From assembly GCA_040768125.1 (NCBI GenBank), contig JAXGNG010000001.1, forward strand, positions 1,351,318 through 1,415,317: a stretch of 64,000 nt of DNA, given 5' to 3'. The notes under the pieces were generated by a model. It was not told the DNA's origin. It did not search any database and saw only the letters and a program-made list of their open reading frames with translations. A program made the translations under genes and the position numbers. This DNA is from Spirochaetota bacterium (GTDB lineage: Bacteria; Spirochaetota; UBA4802; UBA5550). Shown here piece after piece: positions 49,265 to 58,923 of this stretch (within the stretch, counting starts at the first letter, position 1; the number at the start of each line of letters is the position of its first letter).

Positions 49265-49900
49265 ATGGAACTGACCAGGCCGAAAGTGACGCTCCTGGCG
49301 ATTACCCCCGGGGCGGAAAAGCTGATCGAGGAGGCGGGGCGCACCTGCTACCTTTCCCTCGACCGGATCGCCGAGGGCACGGAAAAGGGCTTCATCGGGA
49401 ACTGCATACGGCGGGGGCACCTCTCCATCCTGGAACACGCGTCGGCGTCGTTCCGGATCACCGGGGCCTCGCGGTCGTTCACCCACCAGCTGGTGCGCCA
49501 CCGCCTGGCGAGCTTTTCACAGCAGTCCCAGCGCTACGTCGACGAGACCGGATTCAACTACGTGATACCCGATACGATCCTCGCCGACCCCGAGGCGGCA
49601 ACGGTGTTCCGCGGCTTCATGGCACGCGCCGAGGAGGCGTACCGGGAGCTCCGGGAGCGCGGCATCCGCAAGGAGGACGCGCGGTTCGTCCTCCCGAATG
49701 CCCTGGAGAGCCAGATCGTCTTCTCCGCGAATTTCAGGGAATTGCGCACTATCTTCCATCTCCGCCTCGACCGAAGCGCCCAGTGGGAGATCAGGAAGGT
49801 CTGCATGGAAATGTTGAAAATGCTCCAGGGGGAGGCGCCTTCGGTGTTCGGCGATTTCATCATCGACGAAGGATCTATGACGGCACGGTCGGAACTATGA
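49265..49900 (+). CDS. thyX: FAD-dependent thymidylate synthase ThyX
   Basis: ThyX motif HQLVRHRLASFSQQSQRY (RHRxxSxxxxSQRY). Confidence 0.85.
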   Translation: MELTRPKVTLLAITPGAEKLIEEAGRTCYLSLDRIAEGTEKGFIGNCIRRGHLSILEHASASFRITGASRSFTHQLVRHRLASFSQQSQRYVDETGFNYVIPDTILADPEAATVFRGFMARAEEAYRELRERGIRKEDARFVLPNALESQIVFSANFRELRTIFHLRLDRSAQWEIRKVCMEMLKMLQGEAPSVFGDFIIDEGSMTARSEL

Positions 49901-49912
49901 GGGACCCGGCGG

Positions 49913-50380
49913 CTACTTGAGGGCCACGTTCATCTCGAGCTGGCCCATGGGGCTGTAAAGGTTGATGCCCAGTGTTGTCTGCTTGATGAGGGTAATGGTG
50001 AAATCCTTTCCCTCCACCACCGTGGGGGTGGTCATGTTGATCCGTTTCCCCGTCGTGGCGAAGAGGTTCATGGCGTTTCCCGTGATCATGTTCGCCATTT
50101 CGCCAATGATGTCCTTGTACTCGCTCTTGATCTGCTCCTCGCTGAGCCCCGGGGCAAGCGCCTCGGCGATCTTGAACACCATGTTGTAGCCCATGCTGTA
50201 GACCACCTCGCCCGCCACGCCCCCGGTGATGCCGATGATGATGGCGACGTCCATCGAGGGGATGGGGCTCTCCTTGATCACCAGCTTTCCCCTTCGGAGA
50301 TCCACCTTCAGGATTGATTTGAAGACCGCGCTCGCGGCCTCGAGGAAAGGATTGACGAATTCGGCGTTGATGTTGACCAT
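49913..50380 (-). CDS. cheX: Chemotaxis protein CheX (CheC/CheX phosphatase family)
   Basis: MVNINAEFVNPFLEAASAVFKS...GEMANMITGNAMNLF family pattern; start trimmed from track ORF 50458. Confidence 0.65.
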   Translation of the reverse strand: MVNINAEFVNPFLEAASAVFKSILKVDLRRGKLVIKESPIPSMDVAIIIGITGGVAGEVVYSMGYNMVFKIAEALAPGLSEEQIKSEYKDIIGEMANMITGNAMNLFATTGKRINMTTPTVVEGKDFTITLIKQTTLGINLYSPMGQLEMNVALK

Positions 50381-50454
50381 TCGAAGACCGGACCTCTTAC
50401 GATGAATCTGCGCGTGACTACCTGTGCTATTGTTATCGCACGGGCGGATATAGA

Positions 50455-51585
50455 TCAATCAGTTTTTATATTTTTTACTATTTTTGCGTTTTCATACACT
50501 TTCTGCATGAGATTGCCGGTCATCATTCGCAGGCTTTCCTCCTGGAGGGCCGTGGCGAGGGCCTCGCGCTCCCTCTCCGACGGGGCGGCGCGCGAGATGT
50601 CCTTCATCACCGGCGTGAAGATATAGAGCCCGGCGTCGGATGAAATGACGCGGGAGGTCCTGTTCATTTCAATCTGCATGAATTCCTCGAGAAAAACCGG
50701 GGAACCGTTGATGGCGGCGATCGTCTGGCCGCGCTCGTCCGCGACGCGGTCGCCGATGGCGAACACCCCCGATATGGCCACGGTTCCCTTGAGGACTCCC
50801 TGGGCCTCGTCGAAGGTGCCCCCGCGTAGGGCGATGGCGTTTACCCTGTCGACGATGTCCTTCCTCACGCGCTCGGCCCCGGCCGACTCGAGCTTTTTCC
50901 TGATGCGCTCCCGGTCCGTCACGGGGTCCTTCATTTCACCCCTGTTCTTTTCCATTTCGGCGGTAATATCCTGCTCCGTCACGGGGGCGAGGTTACCGAC
51001 GCGCCTGCCGAGGTCCATGGCGCTGACGAAGGAATACTTGATCCGCAGGCGCGAAGTGGCGGCCACGTGCTCGTCCCGTATGTCGGCGGAAGGAGCGGCA
51101 ATCCCCATCCTGATAAACGTCAGGAACCGGTCGCGGAGAAGGTCTTTGCGGATCGCCTTCTGGAGGTCGTTGAAGGTCATGTTAAGGCGCTGGAGAAAGA
51201 GATCGAGGCGCTCCCCGTCAAAGTCGCCGGTTTCGGGATTGCGAAGGCCCGGGATCGCCCTTATGTAGTCCTTGACGCTCTCGTCCGTGACGTAGAGGCC
51301 GGTCTTCCGCGCCTCCTGGAGGAAGAGGACCTCGTTTATGTAGTAGGAGAGAATCATCGCGTCCATCTTCTCGTCCCGGGGCATTTCCCCGAAGCGGGAA
51401 TCCCGATAGCGCAGGTAATCATAGCGGCTCACCCGCTCTCCGTTTACCACCGCCACGGCGGACTGGTCGAGGCCCAGGCGGGAAACGAAGTCGGGCATGC
51501 CGAAGGAGATTACGATAATCAGCACGAAGAAGCCGGTCACCGCGTAGCTGACGATTTTTACCAGGGGCGATTTGGAGTCGAACAT
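50455..51585 (-). CDS. SurA N-terminal domain / PpiD-like periplasmic chaperone (membrane anchored)
   Basis: N-terminal TM helix then SurA_N-like helical domain; 376 aa; a parvulin domain is not evident. Confidence 0.55.
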   Translation of the reverse strand: MFDSKSPLVKIVSYAVTGFFVLIIVISFGMPDFVSRLGLDQSAVAVVNGERVSRYDYLRYRDSRFGEMPRDEKMDAMILSYYINEVLFLQEARKTGLYVTDESVKDYIRAIPGLRNPETGDFDGERLDLFLQRLNMTFNDLQKAIRKDLLRDRFLTFIRMGIAAPSADIRDEHVAATSRLRIKYSFVSAMDLGRRVGNLAPVTEQDITAEMEKNRGEMKDPVTDRERIRKKLESAGAERVRKDIVDRVNAIALRGGTFDEAQGVLKGTVAISGVFAIGDRVADERGQTIAAINGSPVFLEEFMQIEMNRTSRVISSDAGLYIFTPVMKDISRAAPSEREREALATALQEESLRMMTGNLMQKVYENAKIVKNIKTD

Positions 51586-51723
51586 GACGCATTTCCTTCC
51601 GGGCGGACGGCGGGTCCGCCATTGTTGTTCCCCGGCGGCCGCACGTAACCGGCCGCCACGGCGGGGGAGCGATTAAAGGTAGAAATTCCCGTTATTTTGT
51701 CAATGAGAATAAGGGGTCCGGCG

Positions 51724-51894
51724 CTATTCCGGGGGCCGCTCCGCCTCGTCAACCAGCATGACGGGAATACCGTCCCTTACCGGGTAGCGGAGGCCGCAAT
51801 CCGTGCAGATGATTTTTTCATCCTTGGTGTTGTACTCGACGTCTCCCCGGCAGGCGGGGCAGGCAAGGATTTCGAGGAGCTTCGTGTCGATCAT
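51724..51894 (-). CDS. Trm112-family small zinc-ribbon protein (56 aa)
   Basis: Not in the track (<60 aa): MIDTKLLEILACPACRGDVEYNTKDEKIICTDCGLRYPVRDGIPVMLVDEAERPPE matches the Trm112/YcaR pattern. Confidence 0.6.
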   Translation of the reverse strand: MIDTKLLEILACPACRGDVEYNTKDEKIICTDCGLRYPVRDGIPVMLVDEAERPPE

Positions 51895-52008
51895 ACCATA
51901 CCTCGTTTATTCGGATGCATGTTTATTCAGCGTGAGATCTATTACGTCAATAAAAAAATATCGCCCTGTCTCGCATTGGGCCGCGGCTGGTCCGGGCCCG
52001 GGCGGAGG

Positions 52009-53817
52009 CTACCTGATGAGCACCGTCAACCGCACGTTTGACTTCATCTTAATGTTCCAGGCGCGCGTGCCGGTAAGGCCCGCCGCGGCGCGGTAGTAGA
52101 TTGTGGACGCGGGCTGCATCGGCATCGCGGGCATGACGGTGTAGATGTAGGGGCCCGTGTGGTTCCTTGCCGTGTAGGTGTACCGGTAGAGGTCGATCGA
52201 TCCGATATTGTATGCCAGGGCGTCCATGAAGCTCTCGAACCAGGTGTCCTCGTTGTTGTAGCGGTAATCGGGCATGTCGATGCGGGCGTCGGAGAGCATG
52301 TTTGCCACGGCCCACTTGCGAAGGATCGTGCCGAAGGCATCGGCCGAGCCCCCCCGCTCCAGGGCGTATTCAACCGCCCCCTCGTCCGTGTAGGGGTTCC
52401 ATACCACGTCGCGGAAGAAGGTGGCGCCGCCGAAATTGCGCGCGAGGTAGGAGCCCAGGGCGTAATTCAGGGCGTAGCTTACCAGGACGTTCGAACCGTC
52501 GTACCAGCGCGTCACGGAGTACTCGTTGTAGTAGTTGTAGAGGGGAATCCTCCCTTTGGAAATTTTACCGTCAAAACGCGTGGGGTCTGAATCATCGGGC
52601 ACGCAGTCCGCCGAGGAGTGGAGGGCCCCGCGGGGGCCGTTCACGGCCATGCGCCGTGACACCAGGTCCTCGGCGGAGAGGGAGCACATCTCGTCGATCC
52701 AGGTCTCCGTGCCGGCGCCCCCGGCGCGGAGAATGCTCTTCTGGTGGAAGTGGATCATGTGCTGGAGCTCGTGGGCCAGGGCGGAGATGATTTCCGCGGG
52801 CCACCGGTCACCGATGTCCCAGGCGCCTTCCGGGGTGGCCAGGAGGAGGGCGTCCATGTAGAACATGATCCGCTCGTTTGAATAGGACACGGCGGATTTC
52901 TTGAAGTTGTCCTTTGCCCAGAAATAGCCGAGGATCCCGCCGCTCGTCGAGTTGTCGTCGTCGATGTCGTAGAGGAGAATCGTGATCTCGTCGTTCTCGG
53001 GTATTACCAGTTCCGCGGCGAAGGGGGGGATGGCGCCGCCCCACTCTTCGCCAAAGATGCCCGTTACCCAGTCATAGATGTCGTTGTCGTCGCCGTCGAC
53101 GAGGAACGCGTCGGCCATGGCTTCGACCATCAACGGGGTGACCTTCGGTGTCTTGGTGCCTCCGATATGCCAGCAGTTGTCCGCCACCCATATATTCAGG
53201 GTTTTCTGGCCATGGGCCGTGTCCACCGGGCGCACGAGCCTGCATGTGGCGGCAAGCAAGGCGGGGGAATTGATCGCGAAGCTCTTCTTGTCCCCCGACT
53301 CGTCCAGCCTCGGTTCAGGGGGAGGCACGATTCCCAGCAGGAGGGTGACAGGATTGATCCGCGAGAGAAAGCCGAAGGGGTTCCGGTTGAACTCCCTCGC
53401 CTCCGGCTTTCCCCGTATCCCCGTATCATTCTCCTCGGGTCCGGCTTTTTTCTCGACGGCTTCCGGAACGGTTCCCTGCATGAGGCTTTCCGTTGAATTA
53501 CCGATCGACGGGTACGACGTATCGGAGGAGGCGTTGACATTGGTGAAAAGGAAATACACGTCCCGGGGTGTGCCGCCCAGTTCGAGGGTATAGCTCAGGT
53601 CGACATTTGATATGTTTTCGTAGTCGGCGGGCTCGTACATCCTGAAGTCATAGGTGAGCGAGTCATCGAGCCCGTTCTCGACGATGGCGTACGGCTCATA
53701 CCGATCCGAAAGAAGGAGGTATTTCGCGCCGTCATCGGAGCCGGGGGCGCAGCTCCCAAGGAGGAGCAGGGCGATCAGCGCACCACGCGCGGGGATGTTC
53801 CTGGTGAAAACGGCCAT
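52009..53817 (-). CDS. Lipoprotein with HExxH zinc-metalloprotease motif (602 aa)
   Basis: Lipobox LLLGSCA; ISALAHELQHMIHFH contains HELQH. Confidence 0.6.
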   Translation of the reverse strand: MAVFTRNIPARGALIALLLLGSCAPGSDDGAKYLLLSDRYEPYAIVENGLDDSLTYDFRMYEPADYENISNVDLSYTLELGGTPRDVYFLFTNVNASSDTSYPSIGNSTESLMQGTVPEAVEKKAGPEENDTGIRGKPEAREFNRNPFGFLSRINPVTLLLGIVPPPEPRLDESGDKKSFAINSPALLAATCRLVRPVDTAHGQKTLNIWVADNCWHIGGTKTPKVTPLMVEAMADAFLVDGDDNDIYDWVTGIFGEEWGGAIPPFAAELVIPENDEITILLYDIDDDNSTSGGILGYFWAKDNFKKSAVSYSNERIMFYMDALLLATPEGAWDIGDRWPAEIISALAHELQHMIHFHQKSILRAGGAGTETWIDEMCSLSAEDLVSRRMAVNGPRGALHSSADCVPDDSDPTRFDGKISKGRIPLYNYYNEYSVTRWYDGSNVLVSYALNYALGSYLARNFGGATFFRDVVWNPYTDEGAVEYALERGGSADAFGTILRKWAVANMLSDARIDMPDYRYNNEDTWFESFMDALAYNIGSIDLYRYTYTARNHTGPYIYTVMPAMPMQPASTIYYRAAAGLTGTRAWNIKMKSNVRLTVLIR

Positions 53818-54167
53818 GATGGTAACGATCTGGAACCCGCCTCCGATGTCAATAAAAGGGAACCTCTAAAAATCAGATTTGGAAGTTCCCTTGTGGGCAC
53901 TTTCAAGGTAAAAATTAGATTTTTCTGTTGGTTTTATAATGAAAAATCTAATTTTTCGAGGTGCCCATAACACAATGATAGAAAGATACAATGTTATTCC
54001 AAGGGATTCAACAGGCAAACGGAATTTACCCTGTAAATCGACCAGCAATAATAAAAAAATGGAAGTAGTATCCGTCATGGAATCCGGGGGATCACGGGGG
54101 CAGGTCTGGGCGGTTCGCCTCGAAGAAAATGCCCCGGGGAGGCTTCGTTCCCCGGGGCGGCCTTCGC

Positions 54168-55802
54168 TCACTTCTTTAACAGCGCGCAGGTTTCCACCAT
54201 CCTGATGAACTCACCTCGATCGCCCTCGGGATCCTTGCCCTTCGCCCCCCTTGCCATGGCTATGACATCCTTGAAGGAGAGGTCGCCGGCATGCTTCGAG
54301 TCCCGCAGTATCATGCCGAAGCCCGCCACGGCGGCGGAGAAGCGGAAATTCTCCGACGACGCGGCCAGGCCCGACCTGCCGTCCTTCAGGGGCGAGGTGA
54401 TGAGCCTGCTCGCCTCCTCGCCGGGAATCTTGTAGCGGAGCTTCAGGGTGAGGAGCTCGTCGTTCCCCGGGGAAACCTCGGGGACGGTGCGCTGGTACTT
54501 GAGGGGATCGGTGCCGCGCACCTCGCGGGAGGAGCCGGCGGGGATGATCTCGTAGAGCGCCGTGACGGTGTGCCCGGCACCGAGCTCGCCGGCGTCCTTG
54601 AGGTCATCGTTGAAGTCCTCGTTGGCCATGACGCGGTTTTCATACCCCACGAGGCGGTATCCCTTCACCGTGGCGGGGTTGAACTCCACCTGGATCTTCA
54701 CGTCCTTCGCGATGGTGTACATGTTGGCCCGCATCTCCCTCACGAAGACCTTCTCCGCCTCGCGGATGCCGTCGATGTAGAAGTAGTTGCCGTTCCCGGC
54801 CTTGCTGATCCTCTCCATGCGGCCGTCCTTGTAGTTGCCCATGCCGAAGCCGCAGATGGTGAGATAGATGTCGGTCTTCCGATATTCGTCCATCATGCGC
54901 ACCAGCTCTCCCGTGGAGGACACGCCGACGTTGAAATCGCCGTCGGTGCAGAGGATCACGCGGTTGTTGCCCCCCGGGATGAGGCTTCCCCTTGCCGTTG
55001 CATAGGCGAGCTGTATCCCCGCCCCGCCGGCCGTGCTGCCCCCCGCCTGGAGCCCCTCCAGTGCCGCCATGATCTTCCTGCGAGAAGACGCCGGGGTGGG
55101 GGGGAGGACCAGCCCGGCGGACCCCGCGTAGGCCACGATGGCGACACGGTCTTTCGCCGAGAGCCGGCCCAGAAGCAGGCCGAGGGATTTTTTCAACAGG
55201 GGGAGCTTGTCCTCGCTCTGCATGGAGCCCGAGGAGTCGACGAGAAAGACCAGGTTGCTCGGCCTGAGGTTTTCGTAGTCCATGGACCTGCCGCGAATCC
55301 CGATATGGACGAGGCGGTTCCCGGGGCTCCAAGGGGAGGCGGAGACCTCCGTGGTGACGGAAAAGGGGTGCGCCGATCCGGGTTCAGGGTAATCGTAGTC
55401 GAAATAATTTATCAGCTCTTCGATCCTCACGGAATCTGCCGGGGGCGCCTGGCTCCGGGCGATGAAGCGCCGGACGTTGGAATAGGACGCGGTGTCAACG
55501 TCGATGGAAAAGGTGGAGAGGGGATTCTGCGCCGCGGCCCTGAACTCGTTTTCGGTGATTGGGTCGTACTCTTCTGTGTTGAACGGGGGAATAGTATCGC
55601 CGTCGTATGGCGCGGCATGGGGGAGGGTCATGACGGCCCCGCTGTCCCTGCTCCTCAGGGCCTCTTCGCATTTCCTTTCCCCTCCGGTGAATTTTTCGAT
55701 GGTCGCTGTCTGCGTTCCCGTGGTGCCGCAGGCGGCGATACATGATCCGATCGCTATCGCCGCGAACAGGGCGAGGACGGGTCCGGGCATTATTCTTTTC
55801 AT
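54168..55802 (-). CDS. von Willebrand factor A (VWA) domain lipoprotein, YfbK-like
   Basis: Start trimmed to MKRIMPGPVLALFAAIAIGSCIAAC lipobox (track ORF has a 195-aa low-complexity extension); VWA MIDAS region LVFLVDSSGSMQSEDKLPLLK...VAIVAYAGSAGLV. Confidence 0.75.
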   Translation of the reverse strand: MKRIMPGPVLALFAAIAIGSCIAACGTTGTQTATIEKFTGGERKCEEALRSRDSGAVMTLPHAAPYDGDTIPPFNTEEYDPITENEFRAAAQNPLSTFSIDVDTASYSNVRRFIARSQAPPADSVRIEELINYFDYDYPEPGSAHPFSVTTEVSASPWSPGNRLVHIGIRGRSMDYENLRPSNLVFLVDSSGSMQSEDKLPLLKKSLGLLLGRLSAKDRVAIVAYAGSAGLVLPPTPASSRRKIMAALEGLQAGGSTAGGAGIQLAYATARGSLIPGGNNRVILCTDGDFNVGVSSTGELVRMMDEYRKTDIYLTICGFGMGNYKDGRMERISKAGNGNYFYIDGIREAEKVFVREMRANMYTIAKDVKIQVEFNPATVKGYRLVGYENRVMANEDFNDDLKDAGELGAGHTVTALYEIIPAGSSREVRGTDPLKYQRTVPEVSPGNDELLTLKLRYKIPGEEASRLITSPLKDGRSGLAASSENFRFSAAVAGFGMILRDSKHAGDLSFKDVIAMARGAKGKDPEGDRGEFIRMVETCALLKK

Positions 55803-55941
55803 GGCTGCGCTCCTTGTCGATGATGATGCCACGCCTGGCGTGTTCGTTCTATAGACAGGTCGGGCATGATTAAGTTCTTGTTTTTTATAATCCGCTTGAC
55901 GGAAGGGGAAAATTATGGGTAGATAGATCGCGTGCCGGGGG

Positions 55942-58887
55942 ATGGACATGCCGGCACGCAATCCCGTAACCGGGGAGCGACATGCCATGGCAGGGGGACT
56001 CGAGGATCTAAGAAAAAGAATCGACGCCCTGGAGCGGGAGCTCAGGGCCGTCAGGGCCGAGCTTGAACGGGCCATGGGCGGGGCGATAGTGGAGGCGCCG
56101 CGCCCGGCCGCCGCCGAGCGGAAGCGCTCCGCCGCCGGCGATGCGATGAGGAGGGTTTTCGGCGACAACGCGGAGATATCCATCGGCGGCATAGTCATCG
56201 GGTTGGTCGGGGCCGTCGCCTTCCTGCTCGGCGCCGGGTGGTTTATCAAGCTCGCGATCGAGCGGTACTGGCTCAACGAGTCTGCCCGGGTGCTCATCGG
56301 CCTCGTCGCGGGGTTCGGGGCGATCGCCGCGTCCCTGCGCCTGGCGATGATGCGATTCCGTGTGATCCCCCACGCCCTGGCCGGCACGGGATACGCCGTG
56401 TGCTACTTCGCCGTTTTCAGCGCTTATTATTTCTACGGCCTCCTCGGTTTGAAGGAGTCATTCTGTTTCATGGTGGCGATTTCCCTGGTCTCGGCGTTCA
56501 TGGCCCGCAGGGGCTCGAGCCAGATACTCTATCTCTTCAGCCTCATCGGCGCGTTCCTGGCGCCCATTCTCATGTCCCAGGGAGAAAACTCCTACCGCTT
56601 CCTCTTCGCGTACATGACCCTCTTCAACCTGGTATTCCTTTTCATGAGCCGCTCCTTCCCATGGAAGGTTTCGGCGTACGCCGTCCTGATCCTGAACAGC
56701 GCCGTCTACGCCGGGTGGATGGGTGAGAGCTTGGAGGAAAGCAGTTTTACCGTTCCCTTTCTCTTCATCACCCTGCTGCTCCATATTTTCATGGTGAGGC
56801 GGCTTTTTACCGCGCACGCTTCGGGCCGTTCCGCCCTCTGGGAGGACATTCTCTTTATCCTCGCGGTGGCGTCCCATGTCGTCCTCGGGCACCTGACCGT
56901 GGCGCAGTTTCATCCCTCCCTGCTTCCGCACTATTATCTTTTCGTCTCCCTCTCCCTGGCGCTGTGGCAGATGGCCTATTCCGGGGCGTCCGGGGAAGCC
57001 TTCAGGAGAAGGTCCGCGGCGGCAACACTCCTGGTCCTGGTTCCTCTCATGATGGCCTCCCTCTCGATCTTTGCCGGCGCCCCCTGGAAGGTGACGGCCC
57101 TGGTGGCGGCAACGGGGACCTTCTCCATCATCGCCCTTCGCGAGGACAGGAAGGAAATAATCGTCGCGGCGATACCCCTCTGGACGGTCACGGTCATGGT
57201 GCTCCTTCTCACCCAGCGGGGCCTCCCAGAGGGGGCATGGCCCCTGCTGAACAGCAGGTTCTATCATTACCTTCTCGCCGCGATCTTTCTCTCCGCCATG
57301 TTCTACCTTCGTCGGAGCGAAACAGCCTTCCGGGTGTACGGCTTCCTGGCCCTCTTCCTCGTCATCGTGGCGAGCCTCATGGAGAACCGCGACTTCGTCA
57401 CCGGGGACGTCAGCTTCCGCAGGCTCAGTTATTCCTACGTGCTTCTTTTTTATGCCCTGGCGCTCATCGTGCCCGGGTTCAGGCTCGGGAGGCCCCTCCT
57501 CCGGATCACGGGGCTCTCCCTTATCGGGATCGTGATACTCAAGTTTTACGCCTACGACATGTGGGTCCTCGACCTCGTCGTGCGGATCGCCGCGGGCCTC
57601 ACCCTGGGGGTATTCCTCATCGTTACCGCTCTCTTCTACCAAAGGTTCAAGGAGAAACTCGTGAAAACCATGGCGCCGACAAAATGCATCTTCGTTCTCA
57701 TCATCGCCCTGGCGGCAACGGCCGTTTCGGCCGAGCCGGTCAGGGTGGAGTCCTTTAAGTATTACCAGGAGATCAGGGGTGATCTCTCCATCGGCGGGGA
57801 CGTGATATACGGGACGATCGACCTGGACGAGGAGGTGTACCGGAACTCGTGGCGCAATGACCTGAGGATACTTCACCGGGGAAGGGAACTGCCCTACCTC
57901 CTCGCCCGGGCGCTGGACCGGGGAAGGAGCGAGTGGAAGAAACCGAAGGTGATATTCGAGCGCCTCACCAGGGAGGGACGCATCTATGTCCTGGATCTTC
58001 CCCCTCTCCCGGAAGGGGCCGAATACGCGCGCCTTGCCGTGGAGGCGCCGGGGACCTACGAGATGAACATACAGGTGAGCGAGTCGCCCGAGCCCGGGGA
58101 CTGGAATATCGTGGGATACTACTTTATACATCGCTATGACGATGAATCGGCGAGGAAGGTGATTCCCCTGGGCCTCTCGGGGAAGCGTTACCTGCGCCTG
58201 GAATCAAACAGGACCGGCGCCCTCGCGTTTCCGGCGATCGAGATCCGTTCCGGGGGCGCCCTGGAATTTCATGAAAAGGCGGACCCCGCCGCGATCGAAA
58301 CGGGCGCCGAGCCTGACCTCGAGGGCACGGCCTACTATTTCCCCAACGAGAAGCGCGCCCTTGTCTCGCAGGTGATTCTCCGCTTCGGAGACGGGCGCTT
58401 TTCCCGGAGGTACGAGCTCTTCGAGAAGGAGGGAGGGCAGTACCGCGGCGTCACCGAGGGGACCTTCACCCAGCGCGAGCCGGCGCGGCAGATCATCACG
58501 CTTCCCGAGCCGAACCAGAACCCGCTGAAGCTGGTCGTTGTCAACGAAGACGACGCCCCACTGGCTCTGAAGGAATTCGGTGTAACGGGTCCGAAGGAGC
58601 GACTTATCTTCGAGCTTCCGAAGGAGAAGGACGTCGCCACGATGCGGCTCTACTACGGCAACAGGTACGCCCCGGCGCCCCGGTACGACATCGGGGACAC
58701 CTATGATGGGAATCTGAAACATGTTGCGTTTACCACGGGAAGGCACCAGAAGAACGGAGAGTTCGGCTACTCGATGCTTGAACCCCCCGTGTCGATATGG
58801 ATAATCAGGATTCTTTTTATCTGCGGATTCGCGGGCCTTGTATGGCCGACCTATCGCATCATTGCAAGGTACGCCGGGAACGAGTGA
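55942..58887 (+). CDS. 981-aa polytopic membrane protein: N-terminal coiled coil + about 18 TM helices (DUF2339-like) fused in frame to a signal-peptide-like segment and a C-terminally anchored soluble domain (DUF3999-like)
   Basis: LEDLRKRIDALERELRAVRAELERA coiled coil; long run of TM helices to about aa 570; at aa 574 MAPTKCIFVLIIALAATAVSAEPV resembles a signal peptide, followed by about 380 aa non-membrane domain and terminal TM WIIRILFICGFAGLVW. Family assignment from memory. Confidence 0.55.
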   Translation: MDMPARNPVTGERHAMAGGLEDLRKRIDALERELRAVRAELERAMGGAIVEAPRPAAAERKRSAAGDAMRRVFGDNAEISIGGIVIGLVGAVAFLLGAGWFIKLAIERYWLNESARVLIGLVAGFGAIAASLRLAMMRFRVIPHALAGTGYAVCYFAVFSAYYFYGLLGLKESFCFMVAISLVSAFMARRGSSQILYLFSLIGAFLAPILMSQGENSYRFLFAYMTLFNLVFLFMSRSFPWKVSAYAVLILNSAVYAGWMGESLEESSFTVPFLFITLLLHIFMVRRLFTAHASGRSALWEDILFILAVASHVVLGHLTVAQFHPSLLPHYYLFVSLSLALWQMAYSGASGEAFRRRSAAATLLVLVPLMMASLSIFAGAPWKVTALVAATGTFSIIALREDRKEIIVAAIPLWTVTVMVLLLTQRGLPEGAWPLLNSRFYHYLLAAIFLSAMFYLRRSETAFRVYGFLALFLVIVASLMENRDFVTGDVSFRRLSYSYVLLFYALALIVPGFRLGRPLLRITGLSLIGIVILKFYAYDMWVLDLVVRIAAGLTLGVFLIVTALFYQRFKEKLVKTMAPTKCIFVLIIALAATAVSAEPVRVESFKYYQEIRGDLSIGGDVIYGTIDLDEEVYRNSWRNDLRILHRGRELPYLLARALDRGRSEWKKPKVIFERLTREGRIYVLDLPPLPEGAEYARLAVEAPGTYEMNIQVSESPEPGDWNIVGYYFIHRYDDESARKVIPLGLSGKRYLRLESNRTGALAFPAIEIRSGGALEFHEKADPAAIETGAEPDLEGTAYYFPNEKRALVSQVILRFGDGRFSRRYELFEKEGGQYRGVTEGTFTQREPARQIITLPEPNQNPLKLVVVNEDDAPLALKEFGVTGPKERLIFELPKEKDVATMRLYYGNRYAPAPRYDIGDTYDGNLKHVAFTTGRHQKNGEFGYSMLEPPVSIWIIRILFICGFAGLVWPTYRIIARYAGNE

Positions 58888-58923
58888 GAATCCCCACAAA
58901 CCCCGGGAACCTGGCGGGCCATC

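Noticed and set aside
53893-53900. TGGGCAC as a sigma54 -24 element
   Set aside because: No TTGC -12 element at the correct spacing downstream.
54168-56387. 739-aa version of the VWA protein
   Set aside because: The first 195 aa are low-complexity A/R/S-rich. A lipoprotein signal peptide with RBS starts at 55802, so the extension is treated as spurious.
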